Below are positions 34,982 to 43,839 of a DNA stretch of 64,000 nt, in pieces. The notes under the pieces are model-generated. The model saw only the letters and a list, made by a program, of their open reading frames with translations. It had not been told where the DNA came from and searched no databases. The stretch comes from Candidatus Enteromonas sp. (GTDB lineage Bacteria; Bacillota_I; Bacilli_A; RFN20; CAG-826). Location: positions 12,140 through 76,139 of the forward strand of contig JBNMGG010000005.1 in the NCBI GenBank assembly GCA_050872145.1, read 5' to 3'. The position numbers were made by a program, and so were the translations under genes. The stretch's first letter is position 1. Each line of letters starts with the position of its first letter.

Positions 34982-36115
34982 ATGAAGTTAGAAAACATTC
35001 CCGTCGGCTTGACCTATGACGACCTGCTTTTGATTCCCCAAAAATCGGAAGTGGTGCCCGCCGAGGTTTCCACCCAAGCCTACCTCACCCCCAAAATCCG
35101 CCTCAACGTCCCCGTTGTTTCCGCGGCCATGGACACCGTCACCGAGCATGAAATGGCCATCGCCTTGGCCCGGGTCGGCGGCATCGGCATGATTCACAAG
35201 AACATGTCCATCGAACGTCAAGCCGAGGAAGTCGCTTTGGTCAAGAAAGCCAGCGCGGAAGGCTTCGCGAACGCCGCCAAAGACAATCAGGGAAGGCTCC
35301 TTTGTGGGGCCGCCGTCGGAGTCGGGGCCAACACGATGGAAAGGGTTGCCGCCCTGTTGCAAAGCGGGGTCGACGTCATCACCGTCGATTCGGCCCACGG
35401 CCATTCCGCCAACATCCTCAAAGTCGTCGCCCAAATCCGCTCGCAGTATCCTGACCTCCAATTGATCGCTGGGAACATTGTCACTAAAGAAGCGGCGGAG
35501 GATCTGATCAAAGCCGGCGCCAACGCCGTCAAAGTCGGCATCGGGCCCGGCTCCATCTGCACGACCCGCGTCGTTTCCGGGGTCGGCATGCCCCAGGCTA
35601 GCGCCGTGGACGAAGTGGCTTCCTTCTGCAAAGGGAAGGGCGTCTGCGTGATCGCCGATGGCGGGCTCAAGTATTCCGGCGACATCGTCAAAGCTTTGGC
35701 TTTGGGCGCGGATACGGTGATGCTCGGGTCTCTGCTTGCCGGATGCTTGGAATCCCCGGGCGAGGTGAAGGAAGTCAATGGAAAGAAATTCAAGACCTAC
35801 GTCGGCATGGGATCCCTTGCTGCGATGAAGAGGGGATCCGCAGATCGCTATTTCCAAAAAACGACCACCGCGGTGGAGAAGCTCGTCCCCGAGGGGATTG
35901 AAGCTCGGGTCGCTTATTCTGGAACCGTGGAAGAAAACGTCTATCAGCTCGTCGGAGGATTGCGCAGCGGCATGGGCTATTGCGGCGCCAAGGATTTGAT
36001 GGCGTTGCGCGAAAACGCCCACTTCGTTCGCATCACCAACGCCGGGTTGCGCGAATCCCACCCCCACGACGTCGATATGACCGTCGCCGCCCCCAATTAC
36101 TCCCACGGGGAATAA
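34982..36115 (+). CDS. guaB: IMP dehydrogenase lacking the CBS/Bateman subdomain
   Basis: LTYDDLLLIPQKSEV, VSAAMDTVTE, GIGPGSICTTR, the flap MGSLAAMKRGSADRYFQ, and GGLRSGMGYCG..ESHPHD. After HKNMSIERQAEEVALVKK only a linker of about 15 aa (ASAEGFANAAKDNQG) precedes RLLCGAAVG. B. subtilis GuaB has about 115 aa of CBS pair at this point. Total length is 377 aa. Confidence 0.85.
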   Translation: MKLENIPVGLTYDDLLLIPQKSEVVPAEVSTQAYLTPKIRLNVPVVSAAMDTVTEHEMAIALARVGGIGMIHKNMSIERQAEEVALVKKASAEGFANAAKDNQGRLLCGAAVGVGANTMERVAALLQSGVDVITVDSAHGHSANILKVVAQIRSQYPDLQLIAGNIVTKEAAEDLIKAGANAVKVGIGPGSICTTRVVSGVGMPQASAVDEVASFCKGKGVCVIADGGLKYSGDIVKALALGADTVMLGSLLAGCLESPGEVKEVNGKKFKTYVGMGSLAAMKRGSADRYFQKTTTAVEKLVPEGIEARVAYSGTVEENVYQLVGGLRSGMGYCGAKDLMALRENAHFVRITNAGLRESHPHDVDMTVAAPNYSHGE

Positions 36116-36131
36116 ATCTACTTCAAAAATG

Positions 36132-36162
36132 AGCCAGTCCAACCAAAGGGCTGGCTTTTTTG
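36132..36162 (+). terminator. terminator after guaB
   Basis: AGCCAG...CTGGCT hairpin followed by TTTTT. Confidence 0.7.
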
Positions 36163-36310
36163 CTCTATTAAATCGAAGAGACCAACTCATTAGAGCTGTG
36201 AACTTGATGGGGATAAGCAAATGGCCACCTCCATCGAACTCATGGGGCCTTTCTTAAAAAGCAGAAGGGACGTGCATGAATATTTTAAAAGGGGCTGAAG
36301 CCCCTTTGGT

Positions 36311-37846
36311 TTATTCAAGCTCGATGGTTGCCGGCGGTTTGGAGGTGAAATCGTAAAGGACGCGGTTCACCCCATCGACCTCGTTGACGATGCGGTCGGC
36401 GATGCGCGTGATGAGGGAGTAGGGCAGCTCAACCGGCTTAGCGGTCATGAAGTCGTCGGTGGAGACGGCGCGCAGGACAATCGCGTAGTCGTAGGTGCGG
36501 CTGTCGCCCATGACCCCGACGGAGCGCATGTTGGACAAAGCGGCGAAGAATTGCGAGGATTTTTCATCAAATCCGCTGCGCTTCATCTCCTCACGGTAAA
36601 TCGCGTCGGCCTCTTGGACGATTTTGACTTTCTCCGGGGTGACTTCTCCAATGATGCGGATGCCTAACCCCGGCCCGGGGAAGGGCTGACGGAAGACAAG
36701 ATCCCGCGGCAAGCCAAGCTCTAAGCCGACCTCGCGGACTTCGTCTTTGAACAAATCCTTCAAGGGCTCGACGATGCCTTCAAACCCCGTGTCTTTGGGC
36801 AGCCCGCCGACGTTGTGGTGAGATTTGATCTTCGCCGAGATCCCCAGCCCGGATTCGATGCGGTCCGGGTAGATGGTCCCCTGGGCGAGGTATTCGCAAT
36901 GGGGGATAGATTGGGAGACTTTGTTGAAGACGTCGATGAAGGATTTGCCGATGATTTTTCTTTTTTGCTCTGGCTCGGTGACCCCGCTCAGCCTTTCGAA
37001 GAAGAGACCCGAAGCATCCACGGGGATGAAGTTGAGATGGTATTTGTTCTTATCGCCGAACAGGGCTTCGACCTGCTTGGCCTCGTCTTTCCTCAAAAGC
37101 CCATGGTCAACGAAGACGCAGGTGAGGTTTTCCCCGATGGCTTTGTCTAGCAAAGCCGCGGTGACGGAGGAATCAACGCCCCCGGAAAGCGCGCAGAGGA
37201 CCTTTTTGTCGCCGACTTGCTCACGGATTTTTTTAATCTGGCTTTCGATGAAGGAAGAGGTTTGCCAATCCGCTTTGCAGGAGCAGATCCTCAAAACGAA
37301 GTTCTCGATCATCCTTTGCCCGTAGTCGCTGTGCTCGACTTCGGGATGGAACTGAGTCGCGTAGAGCTTTTTGCTGGGATTCTCGAAGATCGCGTTTTCG
37401 CATTCTTTGCTGCTCCCGGTTACGAAGAAGCCTTCCGGAAGGAGGGTGACCCGGTCGTTGTGGGACATGAAGACGTTGCTGACTTCGGGGACCCCTTCGG
37501 TCAATGCAGAACGGCCCGTTAAGCGGACTTCCGTGTTCCCGTATTCGCTTTTTTGGGTGGGCTCGACTTTCCCGCCCAAGGTATAGGCCATCAGCTGGGC
37601 CCCATAGCAGATCCCGAGGATGGGCTTGCCCAAATCGAAGATCGCTTTGTCGATGTGGGGGGAGGAGGGTTCGTAGACGCTGTTGGGCCCGCCGGTGAAG
37701 ATGATGCCTTTGACTTCTTCGGAAGCAAGTTTCTCCAAAGGGGTCGTGAAAGGCAGGACCTCGCTGTAAACGTGGCATTGCCGAACGCGCCGGGCGATGA
37801 GCTGGTTATACTGACCGCCAAAGTCCAAAACGATGATTTTTTCCAT
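36311..37846 (-). CDS. guaA: GMP synthase (glutamine-hydrolysing)
   Basis: IIVLDFGGQYNQLIARRVR, GICYGAQLM, ALSGGVDSSV and C-terminal KPPATIELE. Length 511 aa. Confidence 0.95.
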   Translation of the reverse strand: MEKIIVLDFGGQYNQLIARRVRQCHVYSEVLPFTTPLEKLASEEVKGIIFTGGPNSVYEPSSPHIDKAIFDLGKPILGICYGAQLMAYTLGGKVEPTQKSEYGNTEVRLTGRSALTEGVPEVSNVFMSHNDRVTLLPEGFFVTGSSKECENAIFENPSKKLYATQFHPEVEHSDYGQRMIENFVLRICSCKADWQTSSFIESQIKKIREQVGDKKVLCALSGGVDSSVTAALLDKAIGENLTCVFVDHGLLRKDEAKQVEALFGDKNKYHLNFIPVDASGLFFERLSGVTEPEQKRKIIGKSFIDVFNKVSQSIPHCEYLAQGTIYPDRIESGLGISAKIKSHHNVGGLPKDTGFEGIVEPLKDLFKDEVREVGLELGLPRDLVFRQPFPGPGLGIRIIGEVTPEKVKIVQEADAIYREEMKRSGFDEKSSQFFAALSNMRSVGVMGDSRTYDYAIVLRAVSTDDFMTAKPVELPYSLITRIADRIVNEVDGVNRVLYDFTSKPPATIELE

Positions 37847-37953
37847 GTGAAGTTCCTATTGGTTGATTGTCGGACATTTTTCCTCTTTTGGATAGGGGAA
37901 AACGCTTTCTCTTCCTTTTGGAAGATGGCCTCGGGGATGGTAGGATACTTGCC

Positions 37954-39279
37954 ATGGACCAAGCAAACCTTTTTGGGGAAGAAAACAAGGAACCCTTAGC
38001 GGCCAAACTCCGCCCGCAGAGTCTGGGGGAGTTCGTCGGCCAAGAGCATTTGCTGGGCGAAGGAAAAATCCTCCGGAAGCTCATCGAATCCGACCAAGTG
38101 TCCTCCATGATTTTTTGGGGGCCTCCGGGCGTAGGCAAAACAACCCTCGCCCAAATCATCGCCAATAAGACGAAGGCCACCTTCATCAACTTCTCCGCGG
38201 TCACCTCGGGGATCAAGGAAATCAAAGAAGTGATGGAAAAGGCGGAGAAGAACCGCCAATACGGGGAAAAGACCATTTTGTTCGTGGACGAAATCCATCG
38301 GTTCAACAAAGCCCAGCAGGATGCCTTTTTGCCCTACGTCGAAAAAGGATCCATCATCCTGATTGGGGCCACGACGGAGAATCCCTCCTTTGAGGTCAAT
38401 TCGGCTCTTCTTTCCCGGTGCAAGGTCTTCGTGCTGAAACCCTTGGGCGAAGAGGATTTGCTCCGCTTGCTCAAAAACGCGGTTTCCTCTCCGAAAGGCT
38501 TCGGCAATAGCGTCATCCACTTCGAACCCGGCGCCTTGGAAGCAATCGCCGGATTCGCGAATGGGGACGCGCGGAAAGCTTTATCGACTTTGGAGATGGC
38601 GGTTCTCAACGGGGACGCCAAATCCGATGGCAGCATCTTCGTCGGCAAAGAGGACGTTTCCCAATGCACGTCCAAGAAATCCCTCCTCTACGACAAGAAA
38701 GGCGAAGAACATTACAACCTCATCTCCGCTTTGCATAAGTCGATGCGCAACAGCGACGCCGACGCCGCCATCTATTGGCTGGCCCGGATGCTGGAAGCGG
38801 GGGAGGATCCCCTTTACATCGCCCGGAGGATCGTGCGCTTCTCCTCCGAGGACGTCGGTATGGCTGATCCCCACGCGATGGAAATCGCCGTGGCCGCCTA
38901 CCAAGCCTGCCACTTCATCGGAGTCCCCGAATGCAACGTCAACCTCACCGAGGCCGTGGTCTACATGGCTTTGGCCCCCAAGTCCAACGCGATGGAGGTT
39001 TCTTACGATGCTGCCGCAAAGGACGCTTTGGAGACGGTCTCCGAACCCGTTCCGATGGATATCCGCAACGCTCCGACGGCTTTGATGAAAGACTTAGGTT
39101 ATGGGAAGGGGTACCAATACGCCCACGATGCTCCCGAAAAGGTCACCAATGAAGTCTGCCTGCCGCCCAAACTCGTTGGCAGTGAATACTACAAACCGAC
39201 CGAACAGGGTTTGGAAGCTCGCTACAAAGCTAGGAACGACCAAATCAAAAAATGGAAGGAAGAGCACCGGAAAAAGTAG
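37954..39279 (+). CDS. rarA: replication-associated recombination protein A (AAA+ ATPase)
   Basis: The ATG at 37954 gives MDQANLFG...LAAKLRPQSLGEFVGQEHLLG. Motifs: FWGPPGVGKTTLA, ILFVDEIHRFNKAQQD and DADAAIYWLARML. Confidence 0.9.
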   Translation: MDQANLFGEENKEPLAAKLRPQSLGEFVGQEHLLGEGKILRKLIESDQVSSMIFWGPPGVGKTTLAQIIANKTKATFINFSAVTSGIKEIKEVMEKAEKNRQYGEKTILFVDEIHRFNKAQQDAFLPYVEKGSIILIGATTENPSFEVNSALLSRCKVFVLKPLGEEDLLRLLKNAVSSPKGFGNSVIHFEPGALEAIAGFANGDARKALSTLEMAVLNGDAKSDGSIFVGKEDVSQCTSKKSLLYDKKGEEHYNLISALHKSMRNSDADAAIYWLARMLEAGEDPLYIARRIVRFSSEDVGMADPHAMEIAVAAYQACHFIGVPECNVNLTEAVVYMALAPKSNAMEVSYDAAAKDALETVSEPVPMDIRNAPTALMKDLGYGKGYQYAHDAPEKVTNEVCLPPKLVGSEYYKPTEQGLEARYKARNDQIKKWKEEHRKK

Positions 39280-39303
39280 CGGTGTAGAATAAGAGGCACA
39301 GTT

Positions 39304-40461
39304 ATGGATGAAGAAATCAAAAAAGAACCCAAAGTGATGCTCACCGGGGACCGCCCGACCGGAAGGCTCCACATCGGCCACTACGTCGGCTCGCTGCGGA
39401 GGAGGGTCGAGCTCCAAAACCAAGGCGATTTCGATGAGATGTACATCATGATCGCCGACACCCAAGCTCTCACCGACAACGCGGGCAACCCCCAAAAGGT
39501 CCGCGACAACGTGGTTGAGGTTGCCTTGGATTATCTCGCCGCGGGGATCGATCCGAGCAAAGTGACGATTTTCGTTCAGTCCCGGGTTCCCGAGCTTTTT
39601 GAGTTCACCTGCTATTTCATGGATCTTGTCAGCTATTCTCGCTTGGTGAGGAACCCCACCGTGAAGTCGGAACTTGCCATGAGAAAATTCGGGGATTCGA
39701 TCCCCGTTGGGTTCATGACCTATCCGATTTCCCAAGCCGCGGACATTTTGATGTTCGGCACGACCGTCGTCCCCGTGGGGGAAGACCAAGAGCCGATGGT
39801 GGAGCAAACCAACGAAATCGCCCGAAAATTCAACTCGCTTTACGGGAATGTCTTCCACGAAGCTTCGATTTTGCTGCCCGATAGCGAAGCCGCCAAACGC
39901 CTCCCCGGAACCGATGGGAAAGCCAAGATGAGCAAATCCCTCGGGAACTGCATCTATCTCAGCGACGACGCCAAAACCGTGGAAAAGCAGGTCCTCTCCA
40001 TGTTCACCGATCCGACCCACCTCCAGGTTTCCGATCCGGGCCATACCGAGGGGAACCCCGTGTTCACCTATTTGGATGCCTTTGCCACGGATGAAGACTT
40101 CGCCCGTTATTTGCCCCAATACAAAAACCTCGAAGAACTCAAAGCCCATTACCGCCGCGGAGGCCTCGGCGACATGGTCGTCAAGCGCTTCTTGGTCAGC
40201 GTCATCAACGGCGTTCTCGATCCCATGAGGCAGAGACGTCACGAGTTGGAGAAAAACATCGCAGGCGTGTATTCGATTTTGGAAGAAGGATCCAAAAAGG
40301 CGGAGCAGAAAGCCGCTTCGATCGCCTTCCGCGCCAGAAGGGCGATGGGCATCAACTACTTTGAAAACAAAAAGCTCATCGAAAAGCAGCAAAAGGCCTA
40401 CAACCGGGCCCATGAACAGCAAAAAGCTTTGGCCGAATACCTTGCCAAGAGCAAGAAGTGA
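39304..40461 (+). CDS. trpS: tryptophan--tRNA ligase
   Basis: GDRPTGRLHIGHYVG (HIGH), KMSKSLGN (KMSKS) and IADTQALTDN. It has a lysine-rich C-terminal extension of about 45 aa. Confidence 0.9.
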   Translation: MDEEIKKEPKVMLTGDRPTGRLHIGHYVGSLRRRVELQNQGDFDEMYIMIADTQALTDNAGNPQKVRDNVVEVALDYLAAGIDPSKVTIFVQSRVPELFEFTCYFMDLVSYSRLVRNPTVKSELAMRKFGDSIPVGFMTYPISQAADILMFGTTVVPVGEDQEPMVEQTNEIARKFNSLYGNVFHEASILLPDSEAAKRLPGTDGKAKMSKSLGNCIYLSDDAKTVEKQVLSMFTDPTHLQVSDPGHTEGNPVFTYLDAFATDEDFARYLPQYKNLEELKAHYRRGGLGDMVVKRFLVSVINGVLDPMRQRRHELEKNIAGVYSILEEGSKKAEQKAASIAFRARRAMGINYFENKKLIEKQQKAYNRAHEQQKALAEYLAKSKK

Positions 40462-40488
40462 GGGAGGGGTTCGCCCCTTCCTTTTTTC
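40462..40488 (+). terminator. terminator after trpS
   Basis: GGGAGGGG-TTCG-CCCCTTCC hairpin followed by TTTTTT. Confidence 0.8.
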
Positions 40489-40531
40489 TTCTTCCCGTTA
40501 TGCTATGATTGCCGAGCCAGATTTCTGGCAA

Positions 40532-40637
40532 CAGCCTTCTTGAGTAGAAAGTTCGCGTTAAGTGCCTTGCGGATGGGAGGTCGCCCAAGGACGAAGGGGG
40601 AACCCGCGGTGGACTTTCGCTGCCGCTTGGTGGGCTG
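40532..40637 (+). promoter_or_regulatory. THF (tetrahydrofolate, folT-motif) riboswitch
   Basis: GAGUAGAAAGUUCGCGUUAAGUGCCUUGCGGAUGGGAGGUCGCCCAAGGACGAAGGGGGAACCCGCGGUGGACUUUCGCUGCCGC closely parallels the remembered Eubacterium siraeum THF aptamer (GAGUAGAUGAUUCGCGUUAAGUG...AUGGGAUGUCG...ACGAAGCGAGAGCGCGGUGAAUCAUUGCAUCCGC). It lies directly upstream of folT. Confidence 0.85.
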
Positions 40638-40665
40638 AGCCTCCCCATCGCGAAAGGAAGTTTTC

Positions 40666-41235
40666 ATGGGGAATCACGATTCGATTGTCCGGCGCTTATG
40701 CGTGGATGGGATGCTTACGGGCCTATTTGTGGTGCTGACGCTAGTCAACATCAAAATCGGGCCGATGGTGAGGATCAGCTTCGGCTCTTTGCCGGTGGTC
40801 TTCGCCTCTTTGCTTTTCGGCCCATTGGATGGCTTCGCCGTGGCCTGCATCGGCGAATTCATCACCCAAACCATTAATTACGGAATCAGCCTCACGACGC
40901 CCCTTTGGGTTCTTATTCCGGGGGTGCGGGCGCTCATCATCGGCTTCGTTTCTTCTTTGTTCAAAAGGAAAGGCCAGGCCTTGGAAAAGCACAAAATCGC
41001 TTATTTTGCGACCCTTGTTTTCGCCTCTTTGGCCGTGACCGTTGCCAACACGGGGGTGTCCTTTTTGGACGCTTTCCTTTATGAATATCCCTTTTCCTTC
41101 GTTTGGATCACCAACCTCATTCGGGCTGGGATTTCCATTTTGACTTCCGTTGCGATTGGGCTGGTTTGCATCCCTTTGATCAAAGCGGTCGGCTCCCTTG
41201 TTTACCCCGGGAGCAAAACGCCCTACCAAAAATAG
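40666..41235 (+). CDS. folT: ECF transporter S component, folate family
   Basis: 189 aa with about 6 TMs, an N-terminus of the form VRRLCVDGMLTGLFVVLTLV.IKIG, and a THF riboswitch upstream. Confidence 0.75.
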   Translation: MGNHDSIVRRLCVDGMLTGLFVVLTLVNIKIGPMVRISFGSLPVVFASLLFGPLDGFAVACIGEFITQTINYGISLTTPLWVLIPGVRALIIGFVSSLFKRKGQALEKHKIAYFATLVFASLAVTVANTGVSFLDAFLYEYPFSFVWITNLIRAGISILTSVAIGLVCIPLIKAVGSLVYPGSKTPYQK

Positions 41236-41237
41236 GA

Positions 41238-41792
41238 TCAACGTTGCTTCCAAAGCGCGAAGGCTTTTCGGAAATTCTCTTGCCGGAGCGTGAAGCAAAG
41301 GATATTGATACTCTCATTCTTCTTTTCAATGAGCATGTTTTCCTTCCGCCCGGACTTTTCGAACCCAAGCGCTTCTAGCAGGGCGTGAGATCGAACGTTT
41401 CTTTCATCGGACTCCGCATAGCCGAACTGGTATCCTCCCTGCGAAAAGCAATAATCCAAGGCGTGAAAAATGGCTTCCTTCATATACCCATGCCCCCAGC
41501 TCTTTTGCTTGGAAATCATGCCAAGTTCAAAGCCATTTCCCGGCAAATCCTTGATGATTTGCACTTCCCCAAGGACTTCCCCGTCCTTTTCTACGGCCCA
41601 GGAATAGTTTCTTCCCTTCTTAATCCAATTGGCGAGCAGCTTCTTTGTCACTTCGATGTCGCGGTTGGGGTACCACCAAAGGTAACGGGTCACCTCCCAA
41701 GAGGAGGTCCATTCGTAGACATCGTTTGCATCGCCCATTTCAAAAGGGCGGAGCAGGAGTCGAGGGGTTTTAATGACGGGGGTTTCTTTCAT
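41238..41792 (-). CDS. GNAT family N-acetyltransferase (RimJ/RimL-like)
   Basis: The ATG at 41792 gives MKETPVIKTPRLLLRPFEMGDANDVYEW (typical RimJ/L-type start), with WGHGYMKEAIFHALDYCF further on. Confidence 0.8.
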   Translation of the reverse strand: MKETPVIKTPRLLLRPFEMGDANDVYEWTSSWEVTRYLWWYPNRDIEVTKKLLANWIKKGRNYSWAVEKDGEVLGEVQIIKDLPGNGFELGMISKQKSWGHGYMKEAIFHALDYCFSQGGYQFGYAESDERNVRSHALLEALGFEKSGRKENMLIEKKNESINILCFTLRQENFRKAFALWKQR

Positions 41793-41843
41793 GGAAATGC
41801 GTGGGGGTTGCTTTATAATTTTAGGCGTTTTGGAGAAAGAAGA

Positions 41844-43052
41844 ATGGATGCAAAAGAACTGGCTCTTCCTTGCCTCGGCTGTCCGAACCCCCTCTGCGAG
41901 AAGTTCTGCCCGGCTGGGGATCGGATTTCGGAATTGAACGGGAAGATCAAATCCGGAGATCTCCAAGGCGCGGCTGAGGTTTTATACTCCACCAATCCTT
42001 TCCCCGAAATCACTTCCTCCCTCTGCGACTTCAAAAGGCAATGTCTCCGCTGCGTGAAGGGTCTGAAGGGCGAACCCGTGCAAGTGCCCCAAATCGAATC
42101 CTCTTTGGCTTCTTCCTTCCCTAGAGATTTATCGAAAAAAGAAAGCTGCGGCAAGAAAGCCGCTTTGATCGGCGCCGGAATCGCTAGTCTTTCCGCCGCT
42201 TGGTTTTTGGCCAAGGAAGGATGGGGCGTTGAGGTTTTCGAAAAGAACAGAGAACTGGGCGGGACGATTGTTACCGGCATCCCCGCCTTTCGCTTCGACA
42301 AAGCCCCGTTGCGAAACATTGAGCGGGACCTCTCTTCCCTGGGCGTGGTTTTCCGTTTCCAAACTCCGGTTGGAACGAAGATCCCTCTTTCTTATTTGCT
42401 AGAAAACTTCGACGCGGTTTTGGCTTCCGTTGGGGCGGAGAAGGATAACCCCGGGCCTTTTCCTTGCCAAAAAGGAATCATCCCAGGCTTAACGCTGCTT
42501 CACGCCTATAACGGAGAAGGGGAAACCTTCCCCGAATATACCTCCTGCTTTGTTTGGGGAGGCGGGAACGTGGCCATGGACTGCGCTCGCGCGTTGAGAA
42601 AACTTGGCAAAGACGTCACCGTTCTTTACCGAAGGTCCCAAAAGGAAATGCCCGCCAACGAATGTGAAATCCTCCAAGCCCAGAAAGAGGGCGTTTCCTT
42701 CTTTTTCCTTCATAACGTATCCGGGATCGTCACGGACGAAAACGGGGCTCTGAAAGCTTTGAAAGTCGTCGCGATGGAACTCGGCGAGAAAGACGAATCC
42801 GGCCGCGCGAGCTTCCATGAAATCCCGAACTCGGAAACCCAGATTCCCTGCGATTTGCTCGTTCCCGCGATTGGGCAGAAGATCGATTTCTCGAACTTGG
42901 GGACTTCCTTCGAAAAAGGGGAATCCCACAAAACGAGTCTCCCGAAGCTTTACCTCGCGGGAGACTGCTATTTGGGCCCGAAAAACATCGCCGCATGCAT
43001 AAAAGACGGCCGCGAGGCCGCCTTCGAAATCATGGAAGACCAAGTCGATTAA
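41844..43052 (+). CDS. GltD/PreT-like FAD/NAD(P)-dependent oxidoreductase with N-terminal Fe-S cysteine motifs
   Basis: The ATG at 41844 gives MDAKELALPCLGCPNPLCEKFCP. There are dinucleotide folds KKAALIGAGIASLSAAWFLAKEGWGVEVFEK..LGG and VWGGGNVAMDCA, and a C-terminal LYLAGDC. Confidence 0.7.
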   Translation: MDAKELALPCLGCPNPLCEKFCPAGDRISELNGKIKSGDLQGAAEVLYSTNPFPEITSSLCDFKRQCLRCVKGLKGEPVQVPQIESSLASSFPRDLSKKESCGKKAALIGAGIASLSAAWFLAKEGWGVEVFEKNRELGGTIVTGIPAFRFDKAPLRNIERDLSSLGVVFRFQTPVGTKIPLSYLLENFDAVLASVGAEKDNPGPFPCQKGIIPGLTLLHAYNGEGETFPEYTSCFVWGGGNVAMDCARALRKLGKDVTVLYRRSQKEMPANECEILQAQKEGVSFFFLHNVSGIVTDENGALKALKVVAMELGEKDESGRASFHEIPNSETQIPCDLLVPAIGQKIDFSNLGTSFEKGESHKTSLPKLYLAGDCYLGPKNIAACIKDGREAAFEIMEDQVD

Positions 43053-43777
43053 CGTTTCGAGAGGATTTCCCTCACCCTTGAAGGATCGATGAACTGGAAC
43101 GTGACCATGTCGGAACAGTTTTTCGCGCGTTTCAATTCCTCTTCGGTTTGAATCGTCCACGCGTTGACGATCCCGCCTTTTTTCCGATAGGAGAGAACCT
43201 CTTTTCTTTCTAGAAGCGCTTGGTCCAAATCCAAGGCATCGTAGAGCCCGTTGAGTTTGAACGTCCAATCATGCTCCTTGCAGACCAAAAGCTGAGTGAC
43301 GAAGCGCTTGGAGCAGTGGAGCAAAGCCCGGGGGTCGAAGGAAATCAAGACGATGGATTTGCTGTTTTTAATTCCTTCTAGTGCTTTCATAAGAGCCTTT
43401 CGGAGGGGCTTGTAGTTCCCTTTATGGACTTTCAGTTCCACAACGATGGGGACTCTTTCTTGGTTCAGGCCCAAGACCTCTTGAAACAAAGGAACCTTTT
43501 CTCCATCGAGGAGGCGGTATTCTTCGATTTCCTTTGAGGTGAGCTCTTCGATGATCCCCTCTTTCCCCGTCGTGCGGAGGAGACTGTCGTCATGGCAGAC
43601 ATAAAGGACTCCGTCTTTGCTGAGGTGGACGTCCAATTCGAAGGCCATGTCGTTATCGACGGCCATTTGGAAGGCCTTTAGCCCGTTTTCGGTGATGCCG
43701 TTCCCGTGCAATCCCCGGTGGGCGATGCCCTGAAAAACTCGGGGGTCATAATCTTCGCGATGGTTCTTTTTGCTCAT
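43049..43777 (-). CDS. glycerophosphodiester phosphodiesterase family protein
   Basis: GIAHRGLHGNGITENGLKAFQMAV..FELDVHLSKDGVLYVCHDDSL are canonical GDPD motifs. Confidence 0.85.
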   Translation of the reverse strand: MSKKNHREDYDPRVFQGIAHRGLHGNGITENGLKAFQMAVDNDMAFELDVHLSKDGVLYVCHDDSLLRTTGKEGIIEELTSKEIEEYRLLDGEKVPLFQEVLGLNQERVPIVVELKVHKGNYKPLRKALMKALEGIKNSKSIVLISFDPRALLHCSKRFVTQLLVCKEHDWTFKLNGLYDALDLDQALLERKEVLSYRKKGGIVNAWTIQTEEELKRAKNCSDMVTFQFIDPSRVREILSKR

Positions 43778-43839
43778 GGCTTCATTATGCTCTTGGGGAA
43801 AGTGGTTGTAATTCTTTTCTTATCGATGACAATAGCCCT

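Noticed and set aside
36287-36308. A terminator after guaA.
   Set aside because: The hairpin AAAGGGGC-TTCA-GCCCCTTT exists, but on the guaA strand it is followed by TAAAATATT rather than a U tract. That is too weak to list as a feature.
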